Origin: an uncultured virus (IMG/VR IMGVR_UViG_3300036766_001530)
Lineage: Duplodnaviria; Heunggongvirae; Uroviricota; Caudoviricetes
Direction: 5' to 3' (one strand)
Virus record (IMG/VR): IMGVR_UViG_3300036766_001530
DNA: 64,000 bases
Shown here: piece after piece, positions 1-11,582 of the stretch
Position numbering within the stretch: the first letter of the stretch is position 1
Layout: every line of letters starts with the position of its first letter
Made by a program: the position numbers and the translations under genes
Notes under the pieces: generated by a model
The model's input: the letters and a program-made list of their open reading frames with translations, nothing else
Database searches by the model: none
Told to the model about the DNA's origin: nothing

Positions 1-589
1 CCTTGCTACTGAAGGGACCTCCGAGCGACGCGGCGTGAAGAGTCCCGGCGATCTGATCTCGCTTGTACGCCCTGATCTCGTCGAGCTTCTTGGCGATGAC
101 CTTCGGATCTGCGAGGTCTCGGACCCGGAGAGGCTCGGGAGCGTCGCTCGCAAGCGAGTCGGCCACGGTCTCGCCGACCCCCGCCCCGCAGCTTCCGTGG
201 CGACCGTCGCCACGGCACAGCTCGCGCAGGCGGTTGGCTGCCTGGTGGTACATCGTCGTCACGAGCGCCCGCTCGTCGACGAGGAGCAGCCCCCAGGGGT
301 TCGCGACCCCGACCGCTTCGAGGGCCAGGGCCTCCTCGGCCATTGCGAGTGGATGCACGACCATGAACCGGGAGAGGTACGTCCGGGCGCCCGCGAACGT
401 CCCGGAGCCCCACTGGGAGAAGATGTGCGCCCGACCGTCGGGGGCGACCACGCGGTGCCCGGCCTGGCTGCCGCCGTTGTCGCGGACGACGAGCTTCGCC
501 TGGTGCTCGCGCACGAGGTAGTCGGCGACGCTACCCTTGCCTTCGTCACCGAAGCAGAGGCCCCGCACGATGTAAGCTCGGCGGTTCAT
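1..589 (-). CDS. Adenylosuccinate synthetase-like protein, N-terminal part (runs off window start)
   Basis: Not in the ORF track; manual translation from ATG at 589: MNRRAYIVRGLCFGDEGKGSVADYL...VVRDNGGSQAGHRVV...HIFSQWGSG, carrying the GDEGKG P-loop and GGxxAGH motifs of the PurA family. Confidence 0.85.
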   Translation of the reverse strand, partial: MNRRAYIVRGLCFGDEGKGSVADYLVREHQAKLVVRDNGGSQAGHRVVAPDGRAHIFSQWGSGTFAGARTYLSRFMVVHPLAMAEEALALEAVGVANPWGLLLVDERALVTTMYHQAANRLRELCRGDGRHGSCGAGVGETVADSLASDAPEPLRVRDLADPKVIAKKLDEIRAYKRDQIAGTLHAASLGGPFSSK

Positions 590-1647
590 CGGACCATTCC
601 TGCCGCGACTGTAGCTTCGATCTGAACATCCACCTGAAACCCCGAAAATATGAGATCGACGGGCAATGGGATGGAATCCACGCCAGGAAAGAGATCGTCG
701 GCAACGAACATCAGATGTTCCCTGTGACCACCGTAGCTCGTGACGAAGAAGAGGCGAAGGGACTCCTCGAACATTCGAGCAAAATCGGACTTGGCAAGGG
801 TTCCTTGATTCGGAAGTTGCCGTCGCAAGCCCCTTTTCAATCTATCGCGGAAGGACACCTCGTCCAACGAGTGTACGAGAGGCACTGACGCCGTCGTAGC
901 GATGGTAATGGAATTGCCTTTCAGAAAGGCCGTGAAAACGACGACGGGGCGGTATTTGTGTTGAGCTTCTTCGGCCTTCCGCTCGGCTTCTCTCTCGGCA
1001 GCTTCGGCAGCCTTGGCGTTCTCCTCGGCTTTCCTTCGAGCCTCTTCTTTCTCGACCAATGTGACGGAATGCAGAGCCCCAACCGAGGGATCGGCTTGTC
1101 TAAGAATTCGGCGAAGCCTCCTGAGAGCCTTCCGCTCCGTCATCGCGATCGCTTCTCGCGAACGATCGAATCGCTCGGCCAACTCCCCGAGCGTCGCCGA
1201 AGGACCATCCAGCCCAAATCTCTCCCTGACAACGATCCACTCTCTTTCGGAAAGCGTCTCCTTCGTGACTGCCCCGTTGACGACCATGGCCACCTCGTCG
1301 TCACGCACCGGAGGCAGAGACGCCCTGAGCGTGGACTCTGACACGAGCAGGCGACCGAGATCCTCCATGTCGATCTTTCGCGTGGCACTCGGAACCTTGA
1401 TTCCGATGACGTGCGGAGGCCAGAGGACCTCCGGTTCGACGTCGAAATACTCAGCCAATTTCAGAGCCGTGCTGCGCCACTCACCAGTTGGGCCAACCGG
1501 ACTTTCTCGCAGGTTCTCCAGCCTGGCGTAGCGCATGAGGCTGATGCCCAGGACCATCGCCATCTCGGCCTGGTTGTAGCCAAGCCGAGTTCGCCGCTCG
1601 CGGAGCCGGTTGTTCCGGACCCGTATCTCTATTTCCAGCTCTTTCAC
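586..1647 (-). CDS. XRE-type HTH plus sigma-70 region 4-like domain protein
   Basis: RLRERRTRLGYNQAEMAMVLGISLMRYARLEN (XRE HTH) and LSEREWIVVRERFGLDGPSATLGELAERFDRSREAIAMTERKALRRLR (sigma region 4); GTG start at 1647 with AAAGGAG upstream. Confidence 0.75.
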   Translation of the reverse strand: MKELEIEIRVRNNRLRERRTRLGYNQAEMAMVLGISLMRYARLENLRESPVGPTGEWRSTALKLAEYFDVEPEVLWPPHVIGIKVPSATRKIDMEDLGRLLVSESTLRASLPPVRDDEVAMVVNGAVTKETLSEREWIVVRERFGLDGPSATLGELAERFDRSREAIAMTERKALRRLRRILRQADPSVGALHSVTLVEKEEARRKAEENAKAAEAAEREAERKAEEAQHKYRPVVVFTAFLKGNSITIATTASVPLVHSLDEVSFRDRLKRGLRRQLPNQGTLAKSDFARMFEESLRLFFVTSYGGHREHLMFVADDLFPGVDSIPLPVDLIFSGFQVDVQIEATVAAGMVR

Positions 1648-1911
1648 GGCTGAAAACGGACTCCTTTCATGCGTCACCCTTGAGTTTGGCCAGGAAGCCT
1701 TCGAGACCCTTGATGGTCTGAGCCATCTCTTCGCGGGTCTGAGCCCAAGTGTAGGTGCCGCCACCATCGGGGCAATTGGGTCCCACGCCTTCGTTTCCGT
1801 CGAGACCTCTGCCTGAACCGTCCTTGATGACGTGCTTGCCTGGCGAAAGGCCACAGCGGGCACAACGGTTGTCCCGCGTGCGTTCAAGTTGAGTGATGCG
1901 ATCGGCTTCTT

Positions 1912-2190
1912 TCACCCGACCGCCCCTCCGCTCGGCTTTCGCAGCCCAAAGTAGAGCAGCACCGCCCAGCTCAAAGCCTCGACGCTGTAGTTGACGGTGA
2001 TGACCCAGTCGAAGCCGTGCGCGAGGTGGAGGTACCCGTACATCGCGAACGTCCCGGCGAGGATGGCGAGCGAGATGCTGACCGGCGTCCCGAGATGCTT
2101 GCGGGCCCGGAATGTCCGGATCGCCTGCGGCACGGCCGCGTAGGCGAAGCAGAAGCCTCCAAGGAGACCGAGGAGCTTGACCACGATCAC
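1912..2190 (-). CDS. Small PQ-loop/SemiSWEET-like membrane protein
   Basis: Three hydrophobic segments with AAVPQAIRTFR PQ motif; start approximate. Confidence 0.55.
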   Translation of the reverse strand: MIVVKLLGLLGGFCFAYAAVPQAIRTFRARKHLGTPVSISLAILAGTFAMYGYLHLAHGFDWVITVNYSVEALSWAVLLYFGLRKPSGGAVG

Positions 2191-2684
2191 GCCTCCTTCA
2201 CGAACCAGACGACTCCGGAGACGACGACGATGATGAGGAAGATCCAGCACAGCAGGGCGTAGATCAGGTTCGCCGGATAGATGGTGATGCCCGCAGGAAT
2301 CGTGACGTGATCGCCACCTTGCCCGTGGTCGAGCAGCGTCTCGCGAAGCTTGATGAGCATGTTGCTGCGTTCGAGGGGAGTCACCTCGGCCGGCAGCTTC
2401 TTCAGCTCTTCGAGCGAGGTGTGCAGATTCGTGTACCAGAACCCGATGTCCTCGTCCGGCGTCCGGTACAAGATCGAGGTGTACCCATCCTTGAGGTCGT
2501 GCTTCTCGATGTAGTCGAGCGCCTTCACCAACTCCTTCTCGGCGATCTCGATGGTGTTGGCGTCACCGGCTCGCTTGAGGTAGCCGGAGCAGTTCCGATC
2601 GAACTGGATGCCGTTGGCGCAACGGAAGCCTCCGACGGTGAGGAGGGCGAGTAAGGAGACGATGCAGATCAGCCGATGGAGCAT
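2187..2684 (-). CDS. Hypothetical membrane protein
   Basis: 165 aa ORF with N- and C-terminal hydrophobic helices and high-GC3 codon usage. Confidence 0.7.
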   Translation of the reverse strand: MLHRLICIVSLLALLTVGGFRCANGIQFDRNCSGYLKRAGDANTIEIAEKELVKALDYIEKHDLKDGYTSILYRTPDEDIGFWYTNLHTSLEELKKLPAEVTPLERSNMLIKLRETLLDHGQGGDHVTIPAGITIYPANLIYALLCWIFLIIVVVSGVVWFVKEA

Positions 2685-3103
2685 GATGGGGACCCTTTCA
2701 GTCTGTTGTGGTGTAGACGACTACGATGGTGTGGCAGAGGCGAATGTCGGTGCTCGTCATGCCGTTGCTCGGACGATCGCTTCCTGGGCCCATGCGAACA
2801 GGGCCGGTCGACATCTCGACCCCGACGATCTCGCGCTTGCCTCCCCCTTCGGGCTCGTTGGCCCACTTGTTCATCGACTGTTCGATCTCGGGCAGGCTCG
2901 TGCCGGTGAAGAACTTGAACTTCGTCATGAGGGTCTCCTCGGCTCGGGAGTCTTGGACCAGTTGATCTCGAACGAGAGCGCGTGCTTCGGCAAGCCTCGC
3001 CAGAGCGCGAACCGCACTGACCCAAGCTGGAGCTTGTTCGGAGCCGGCCGGTAGAAGCCGAAGCTCCGCGGGTTGAGCGTCAGCTCGACGTCGACGACCA
3101 CGG

Positions 3104-3685
3104 CTACCAGCCCGCCTTCCGAGTGATGTGCGGCCACGCATCGACGAGAGCCATATCGATCGCCTGCCGGGTGTAGGTCTTCCGGGTGATCTGTCCCTTG
3201 GTCAGGATGCCGACGAGTCCTTCCTCGTGCCCGACGCGGTCCTTCTGCGTCAGGCCAGCGAATTTCGTGGCCGCGTCGAGGTCGAGGCCCTCGCTCACGC
3301 CCCTTCGGACGGCGACTGGCACCACCCACGCGCCAGAGAGTCCCAGTGACCAGTGACCGTTGACCACGATGGCACAGGCACAGACGTCCAGCTCGTAGTC
3401 GAAGTACGAGCCGGCCTTCACCTGCATGAGCCCCGATTCGATCCCGACGAAGACGTGGCCGTCCCAGAACCCGTGCTTGTCGCCGGCCGCACGGGCTCGG
3501 TTGTGGGCTCCGAGCACCGTCTCTTCAAGCGTGCGCGGCTGCTCCGAGACTCCCGAGTTGGCTCCGAATCCGGAGACCTCCAGGTCCAAGAGCGCCGTGT
3601 CCTTGCCGAACAGTTCTCGCGCGGTCACCGACTCTACGACCGCGCCGATCTTGATGGGGTTGAGAGATCCGACGATGTACTTCAT
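3104..3685 (-). CDS. yjjX: Non-canonical purine NTP phosphatase (ITPase/XTPase, YjjX/DUF84 family)
   Basis: MKYIVGSLNPIKIGAV, SGVSEQP...EETVLGAHNRA, VGIESG, GLVGILTKGQITRK motifs. Confidence 0.85.
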   Translation of the reverse strand: MKYIVGSLNPIKIGAVVESVTARELFGKDTALLDLEVSGFGANSGVSEQPRTLEETVLGAHNRARAAGDKHGFWDGHVFVGIESGLMQVKAGSYFDYELDVCACAIVVNGHWSLGLSGAWVVPVAVRRGVSEGLDLDAATKFAGLTQKDRVGHEEGLVGILTKGQITRKTYTRQAIDMALVDAWPHITRKAGW

Positions 3686-5738
3686 CTGGTTTCCCCGGGC
3701 TTCGAGCCATCGAACTTCGCGTAGGCGAGAACCGCGGCTTTGATCGCCTTGGTGAGCATCTTCTCCTCGCTGCGCTTCTCCTTGGCCTGCCTCTGGCGGA
3801 TGCCTTCGTTGCAGTAGGCCTCGTGCGCCATCCCGAGAACGAGGAGTGGCACGGCCGGGCGGCCATTGGGTTGAAGAGCAACCACGATGCGAAGCGGAGG
3901 GGCTTTCGTCATGACTTCTTTCCAACCTTCACGTACCCCGTGACCTTGAAATCGGCCGTACGCGCGTCCTGCGGCGCGTGGGGCCACGGCTTGAACGCAT
4001 GCACGACCACGAACGGCTCTGCGTTCTGCCGCTTGTCGTTGACCAGATCGATCTGGTAGTCCCATTTCCGGCGATCTGTGTACTCGAAGAGCGTCAGAAC
4101 CATCCCTTGCCGAGGAAGCTTCACGCCCGGCTTGCGCGCTTCCCGCAGGCCCCGGGCCAGAAGCCGCCGCATGATCGGCGTGCGTAGTGTCCGCGTCTCG
4201 CTCACGGTTCACCGAGCTTCCGATCAGGGCGCAGAATCTCGAACACCTGGCGCAACATCGGTCCGATGCCCATCTTGCTGCCGTTGTCGTGAAGCATGAC
4301 GGGCATGGACTTCGGAGTCGTCTTGCTCCCGTCGGTCAGATCCGCCACCTTCGCCAGGGCAGCTCGCAAGAGGCGCGCCTCCGAAGCCAACCGATCGTAG
4401 TCCGACTTGAATGCCGTCCACGAGAAGCGATCTTCCATCGCGGCCAATTCGACCTCGACCACGAGATTCAGCGTCTTGGCCATCAGACCTTGGACCTTGC
4501 CGCTGGGTTGTCGATGGGTTGGTGGCAGCGGCAGCAGACGAGCCGGATCTGACCGGACTCGTCGCGCGCCGGCACGACGTACATGTGCTCGCAGGGCAGG
4601 AACGCCGCGCCAACGACCATCAAGATCGCGATCGCCCCCACGACGATGAATCCGACGACGATCACCGGCGTCTGACCTTCCGCTTCGGTGGCGTCAGGAG
4701 CAGCTTGAACGCGGCCTCCAACGCGGACTTGCCCGTGGCCTCGACCACGACTGGATGACCGAGGCTCGCGACCACCTTGCCTTCCCTCTCCTGACTCAGC
4801 GTCCAGACTCCCTTGCTGAGCGCGTGCTCGGCCGCGTGGTAGCGCATGACGGCGGCCGGATCTGTCGGCACGATCATCGGAACCCCGCCAGAGGTGTCGA
4901 GATTCATCGCCTTCCGGATGAGATCCGGCCAGAGAGTTCCGTCGCTCGGCATGAAGTTGCAGACGTCGCCGCCGTTCCAGAACGGCCCGAGCAGGTGCGC
5001 AAGATCCCTGCGCGTCTCGGGCGGCAGCTTCGAGTAGGCGAGGAGCGACATCTGTTTCCGACCCTCGATCGTTCCGATCTCCTCCGGCGTGATCGTCACC
5101 GTCATGGCATCACCCTCACAGTGCAGCCGGCGAAGTACCACCCGCACCCGACCGCGCCGCGCACCTTCTTCCCACTCGGACCGATCGCTGTGAAGCCGGT
5201 GCAGGTGTAGTCGTGGCACGCGCCGAACTCGTAGCCGCCGATCTTGATGTCGGTGAAGCCTGACGCTTCCAACGTCGAGCGGGCGTCTGTCTCGTTGGTG
5301 CAACCCTTCGAGAGGCTGGCCACTGCGAAGATGATGACGATGATGAAGACTATCGCCAGGCTCTTGAAGGTCTCGTCGTCGTGAGTGCTCATAGCGGAAC
5401 TTCGTCGTTCAGTTTGAGCGTTGACGTGAGATACGCGACGAGGCACGCCAGGTGGAAGGCCGTCTTGCCCACCGCCTTGCGCGAGATCATGCCGGCCGGC
5501 ACCTCGCTCGACTCCGCGTGGGGCCCCGACGTCGGATCGGGGGTCGACTCGGGAAAGTTGTCGCCGACGATGCCAGCACCGGTCGGCTTCCCGTCCTTGT
5601 CGAGTTGGGCTCCGTAGATGTTGCCTTCGATGATGACGCCCGAGCGCGGGTCGGTGATCGGCTTCGAGCAGTGCAGGCAGATCGGACAGACGAGAACCTT
5701 CATTCCACCCATCCCATCAAAGTCGTGGCGAATCAGGT

Positions 5739-6290
5739 TCAGCATGTCGAGCAGCTCCACACACCGCAGCTCATGTTGCAGACGCACTTGAGCGTGCAGG
5801 TCCCTTCCTTGCCGGGGAGATTGCAGACCGAGCACGCCGTCTCCTCCGTCGAGTTGCACGCCGTGCCGCAGCAGACGCCGTTGACGCAGAACCCCGAGGA
5901 GCACTCGGGGCCCACCCCACACGAGACGCCGAGCCCCGAAAGCGGCTTCTCCGGCATTCCAGCATCGATCGGCGGCTCCGGACCCACCTCCGGCATCAGC
6001 TCGGGCGCAGGCTCCGTGGACGCCTCGGGCGCCATCTCGATCGCCTGCTCCATGGCCACCTCGGGCGCCACCTCGACCGCCGGCTCCATCCCGGGCTCGA
6101 CCGGCCGGTCGGCGAGAACCAGATCGCCTGGTGCCGCATCTGACCCGGGCTCCCGGCCGGCGTCCTGGGAGACATCGACGCCTCCATCGGACGCGAGCCC
6201 GTCGGGACCCGAGGGGCGCGGAACCGTGCTGAGGTCGTAGTAGCAGCCCGAGAAGAGCGCCAGGGCGACCGGCAGAAGGGGCGTACGCAT
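5739..6290 (-). CDS. Lipoprotein with acidic/Pro linker and Cys-rich C-terminal repeat
   Basis: MRTPLLPVALALFSGC lipobox; CGVGPECSSGFCVNGVCCGTAC Cys-rich motif; ATG lies 6 nt after a -10 box. Confidence 0.75.
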   Translation of the reverse strand: MRTPLLPVALALFSGCYYDLSTVPRPSGPDGLASDGGVDVSQDAGREPGSDAAPGDLVLADRPVEPGMEPAVEVAPEVAMEQAIEMAPEASTEPAPELMPEVGPEPPIDAGMPEKPLSGLGVSCGVGPECSSGFCVNGVCCGTACNSTEETACSVCNLPGKEGTCTLKCVCNMSCGVWSCSTC

Positions 6291-6296
6291 GTCCGG

Positions 6297-6328
6297 AGCA
6301 TACACGGATGTTTTGTGTACGTCAAACA
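6297..6328 (-). promoter_or_regulatory. Class I promoter copy 1 (TTGACG-17-TATGCT), leaderless
   Basis: TGTTTGACGTAC shared by six loci; 17 nt spacer; ATG 6 nt after -10. Confidence 0.8.
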
Positions 6329-6663
6329 GTGAGTCGCGGAGCGACGAACTCCGGCTCCGGTCCGGGCTGGCGACCAAGTTTCTCATCGGAAGAGCGGTCC
6401 CGTGACGAGGAGAACGAGTATCAACCCAAGAACGACGCCACCGAGGATGAAGGAAAGGAGTCTGATCGTGGCGATCTTCGAGGCGAGTCGCTCGATCAAC
6501 CACCTCCTGGAATCCAGGCGCTCCAGGATCTCAGCCCAGAGCGACAGGATGTCGTTCTTCGCCTCGGGGTGAGTGGCGACGAGAGCCTGCGTGTAGATGT
6601 TGAACAGGCGAGCGTCGTCGAAGTCGGCCCACGAGTCGCCATTCCCGGGCTGGTTCTTGGCTA

Positions 6664-6951
6664 TCATCGCCACGTCTCCGAGTGATCGTCGCGTTCGTTG
6701 GTGAAGTGTCCGGCGAGTGGGTACGCGGAGTATGGAACGCCATCGAGACGCTCGACCAGAGGATGCGGCGACAAGGGAAGAGCCGGGTTGATGCCCAGGC
6801 CGGTCGGCCAGAAGACGGTGAGACCGGCCTTGCTCTCACGAAGCTCCACGACCGAGTTGACGATCGCTGCGATGGGGCAGAGGCGATCCGGATCATCCCT
6901 GGTCGGAATGAGGACCCAGTAGCGCACCGACATGCCGATGTCGACGCCCAT
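6664..6951 (-). CDS. Hypothetical protein, tandem paralog A
   Basis: Shares SVRxW...PIxAIVNSV...KAGLTVFWP...ERxDGVP...HFT with the adjacent ORF. Confidence 0.7.
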   Translation of the reverse strand: MGVDIGMSVRYWVLIPTRDDPDRLCPIAAIVNSVVELRESKAGLTVFWPTGLGINPALPLSPHPLVERLDGVPYSAYPLAGHFTNERDDHSETWR

Positions 6952-7223
6952 TACCGGGACGCCTCCGGGTACTCTTCAGACGGATAGGTGAAGTGCCTGT
7001 CGACAGGATGGTCGGAGGCGGGCACTCCGTCGATGCGCTCCGTAGCCGCGTGAACGAACTCGTAGTCCGATGGCCAGAAGACGGTGAGGCCGGCCTTGAC
7101 CAAACCCGACGTGGTCTGGACCGAGTTGACGATCGCGACGATCGGCCTGATCCGGGCCGGATCTTCCGCAGTCGGAGCCGGAATCCAGAAGCGGACGGAA
7201 TCCCCGAGGGCAACCCGCATCAT
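6951..7223 (-). CDS. Hypothetical protein, tandem paralog B
   Basis: MMRVALGDSVRFW...KAGLTVFWPS; paralog of 6664-6951. Confidence 0.7.
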   Translation of the reverse strand: MMRVALGDSVRFWIPAPTAEDPARIRPIVAIVNSVQTTSGLVKAGLTVFWPSDYEFVHAATERIDGVPASDHPVDRHFTYPSEEYPEASR

Positions 7224-8334
7224 GGTCACCCTCCTCGCCCTGGGTATCCGGCACACCCGACCGGAAGCGGCTTGCGAGCGAGCCGCGCTCGGTAGAGCAG
7301 CATCCAGCGACCCTTCGGCACGTCGCGCACGTAGCGCCTGAAGTCGCGGGCGCGGACGTGGCGACACGGCTTCATGACGTCGACGAGTATCAGGCCCGAC
7401 GGTGGGTAGTCGTAGTAGCCGACCCAGCCGCAGCCCGGCGACGCGCACTGGACGTAGGCTCGCCTGTAGCCCTTGCCCACCTTCGGCAACTTCACCTTCG
7501 GTAGCGTCGCGTCGAGGAGTTCGAGTTCGACGATCTTGTAGAAGCCGATCGCTTCGAGAAGTCGACGCAGTTCTGGCCATGCCAGATTGACGGCCGCCCT
7601 CCGGAATGCCTCGTAGGCCGGGCCGGCTGCGAGATTGAGAGCAGAGTTCAAGATCCCTCTCTCCCGGCGCCGGAGACTCCTTTCGATGTTGTGGAGCTTG
7701 CGCATCACTTCTTCCCGAGCGTGAGGTTCGTGATCTGGAGGAGCACGGCTTCCGACCTCCGCAGGCGTGCGTTGTCGGCCTTGAGCGTCACGATCTCGAC
7801 GCGAAGGATCTCGATTTCGTTCGCGGCCGAGTCGCGGTACGGGGACGTGAGATCGTGCTTGGCCTCGGCGATGTGCGTCGCGATGTTCTGCTTGCACTCG
7901 GCAAAGGCCTCTGAAAGCGGGCCGAGCCCGGCATCCAGCCTGGCCTTCTTGATCTTGGCGAGGTCGCGGCGCATTTGCCGCTCCTCCCCGAGCCGGAAGC
8001 ACTGGTAGCAGAACCCCAAACCGATGAGCACTTGTGTAATGAGGAGGATCATTCGCTCTCGATGACCTCGGGGTAGTCCTTCTTGTGCTGCTTCGCTCTC
8101 TTCTCCATCTCGGGTTCGAGCTTCTCGACCATCTCCTTCGCGAGCTTCTGCATGGCGATCGCCTCATCGTGCTTCCCAGCCTCGAAGAGTGCGGTCGCCT
8201 TCGTCCTGAGGAAACCGGCTGCCGCGTCGAGTCCGGGCGAGTGACCTTCGAGATAGCTCTGCGTCCGGATGTGGTCGTACGAGTACCGGACGTTGGCCTC
8301 GTCGGTCAGGATGGTGTCGCGGCTCATATTGCCA

Positions 8335-8374
8335 CGATGCAGAATACATCAATTCGCATATCAGCCAACCTTTC
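8335..8374 (-). promoter_or_regulatory. Class II promoter copy 1 (GAAAGG-TTGGCT-16-TATTCT-GCATCG)
   Basis: Near-identical 40-mer at 17356-17395; lies just upstream of the ORF starting at 8327. Confidence 0.65.
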
Positions 8375-11300
8375 TTCGTCCTTCGTCGTCGCTTTGGCAG
8401 CCGGGGCCGCAGACGATCCGGTGAAGACGCATGCCTTCCGGACACCGAATCGGAGCGGTATCCGGCCTCTCCCCCGGAGGACTGCACGTCGGACAGGCGT
8501 TGACGTGCCTCGCGTACGCAACTCCAGGAGGGAGGTCGGCGCCAGCCTCGGGAAGATTGGCGTCGGTCTCGATCGCCCCCACGACGCCCCCGCACCGCAG
8601 GCACACGCCAACCTGACCATGAGCATCCGCGCCGCAGCGAAGACACTTGCCCGAGGTGCGCAGGCTCATGGTGAGCCGCGAAGCGGCGAACTCCGCTCCG
8701 TCCTTCCGGAACGAGGGTCCATGGCTAAGTACCCTTCCCTCTCCTGAGTGGGTACCAGGTAGCCGACGCCTGACTCGCCGCCAGCTCGGCGACGTGTCCC
8801 CTGACGAAGAGAACCAGCGCCCCCTCTTCGCCTCGGCCCATGACCGGGCACTTGCACCTCGGGCAACCGAACGGGAAGAGATCGATCGCCCTCGCCAGGA
8901 AGCTGCCGCACCGGCTGCACTCGACGAGCACCGGCGCTTCGCCCCCGTCTCCCGAGAACTGCCGGACGATGGCCGCTGGTCCGTCTATGAGCAGGTGGTC
9001 ACCGAGATCCCGGCACTGCTCGGGCGTCATCTTGACGCTCGCCGACAATCGCGATCCTGGAACAAGGACCGTGAGGCTTGTGTAGAGGGTCTTGATGAAC
9101 GGCTCGCCCTTCGACCGATCGCCCTCGTCGAATCCGGCCGAGGCGGTCTCGACGGCTCCTTCCTTCATCTGGAAGATCACTCGACGATCTCCAGTTCCTC
9201 GGGCATGTAAGCGTAGCGAAGATTGCTCGGCTGCCATCGCACGTCGACCTCGGGGCCGATCTTGCCGTGATCGAGCATGTCGCCGTCGTTGTGGTAGTCG
9301 ATGAAGCCCTGCACGATGCCGACGCAGTTGCCGAACTCGATGATGTGCCCGACGCTGCTGACCCGCATCCGGGTCTTGAACTCGACCGTCATGCGCACCT
9401 TGTCCCCCTTCCTCAGGGGCGACGGGGGTACCGGGCGCAACTGCTTCACGAGGAGCCGGATGCCGTCCGGATCGTCCTTCGCGAGACAGAAGTGGTAGCC
9501 CGGGAAGGTGACTTCGAGAGCGTTGGAGGCCGCCACCATGGCCGTCTGGAGACCGTGCTCATTCGTTCGCCTGGCCGCGTCGCTCACGATGAGCGCGACG
9601 GTCTCCATCGTATCGAGTGAATGATCCTGCGAGCCCTCCATCTTGAGCTTGGGAGGATCGCGAAGAATCTCGACCACCGAGCGCGACGGAGGCCCCTCAC
9701 TGACGATCACGATCCCTTTCTTGTCCCGGTTGCTCACCGCGAAATGCGAAGCGGCGAACTCCGCTCCGTCCCTATTGGTCCGAGAATCAGCTTCGTCTGG
9801 GCGATGAGGTTGCGTGTCTCCTGTTCGGATCTGCGGCGCCCGAGCGCCGCCGACACCCGTCGCCGGACGGCCGGAGACCAGCGCGGGTAGCCGAATGGCC
9901 CCTGGATGTCGTCGGGCGTCTTCGGTAGCCAGGTGGGAGCGCGACGAGCCATCAGAGCCACGCCCTGGCCGAGCCGTCTTCCTCGACGAGCTGATCTTCC
10001 ACGATGGGCGTCCCGTGGCTCGGAGGCGTCTTGTCTGGGTCGTAACCCTCACAGGCCAGGTGAACCACGGTCCGGACCTCGCCGCCGCCGGCACCATGGA
10101 AGCCGGGCCAGTGGATCGAACGCCCGACCATGGCGGTGAGAATCGGCTTCCGCGTCGTCTTGCACCACCACTTGCCGTCGGAGTCTCGCTCGCCATGAGA
10201 CTTCAGCCACTCGATCTCGGACTTGATGTACGGGTATGGCATCAGCGAACTTCCCTCCTCATCGGAGCAACCGATCGATGATCTTGCCGAACTGCCGGCG
10301 CTGCCACGCCACGGCCGCCTTGTCGTTGATGTCGGAGTGGATGTACTCGCCGAACGCCTTGATGATCCGGGCGCACACCTTGAGGTCGGCGCGCTCCTTC
10401 TCCGTCAGGCGCAGCTCATCGAGCGAGAGCTTGAGGAGCGTGTCGACCGCCCCGGTTCCCTCGGCGGAGAGCGCCTCGATTTCCTTGACGTCAGCCACCG
10501 GCTTCCTCCCTGGAAACGGGCTTCCCGCACAGCCCGTCGATGATGAGCCGCGAAACGGCGAACTCTGCTCCGCTCCGCTCGGCTCCGTTCCGACCTGTCA
10601 TGTACGGCATCGGCTACTTCTCCTTCCGTTCCATGAGACCGGCGTCGATGAGGAGACGACGAATCGAGGCCCAGACGAAGACACCCAGGACGATGAGAGG
10701 CCAACCGAGCGGGCGAACGATGTAGAGAAGTCTCCGCGGCAGCCCCCTTTCGTTTTCGGGCACCGTCGACCAGGTCTCGATCGAGACGAGCCCGGCCATG
10801 AGCAGTCCGAGAAAGTAGAGCAGGGCTGCCAGCCCGCGCCAGAAGGCAACCGGATCGCGAACCGGATTCATCAGGCTGCCTTCTTCCGTCGACGCTCGTC
10901 CGCGATCTCTTCGATATGAGTGCGCGGCCGTTGCGGCCGTCCGGGGCCTCTGGCTTTTCGGACCTTCCTTCGGATCGGAAGCAGCGTCACCACCCTGACC
11001 CGGAGCCACTCGCCATCGTCTTCGTGGAACTCGACGTCGTGAGCCTTGGCCGCCCACTGGCCGTCCACGCGGTCGTTGGCCTGGTACTTCTTCATCGGAC
11101 CCTCGCGACGATCAGAAATGTAGTGCGTCAGGATGTGCCCGCACTTGGCGCAGGCGAGAGCGTAGAGGCGAGTGGTGGGCTTCATGATCTTCATCAGTTC
11201 AACCATGCTTATCCGGTTGACGCACTCGCTCTGGAACTCACGCTGCGGCGCAACCGCGCTGCCAAAAGAACGGCAGTCAACGTACCCGTAGCGCTGCCGA

Positions 11301-11582
11301 CGAATGCAGCGAGGCTATAGGCGAGATGATTGATGGGCGAAACCGCGAAACACACGACACCGAGCACGATGCTAACGAGCAGTCCTGCGCCAGCAATCGT
11401 ACGTGTCGTAAATCTCGGCGCCCAGCGTTCAATGGATGTCATCGTCATCACCTCATCGGGTTTTGAATGAGTGTCCTGGTGTGTCAACCGGATAGTCATG
11501 AGTTCAACCTCGACGGTGAGCCGCGGAGCGGCGAACTCCGAGTCCGATCTGGACTCAGAGCCGCCGCCCCACCCCCATTGAG

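Noticed and set aside
1..589. PurZ (2-aminoadenine genome) call
   Set aside because: The P-loop is GDEGKG with the PurA-type Asp, not the Ser typical of PurZ.
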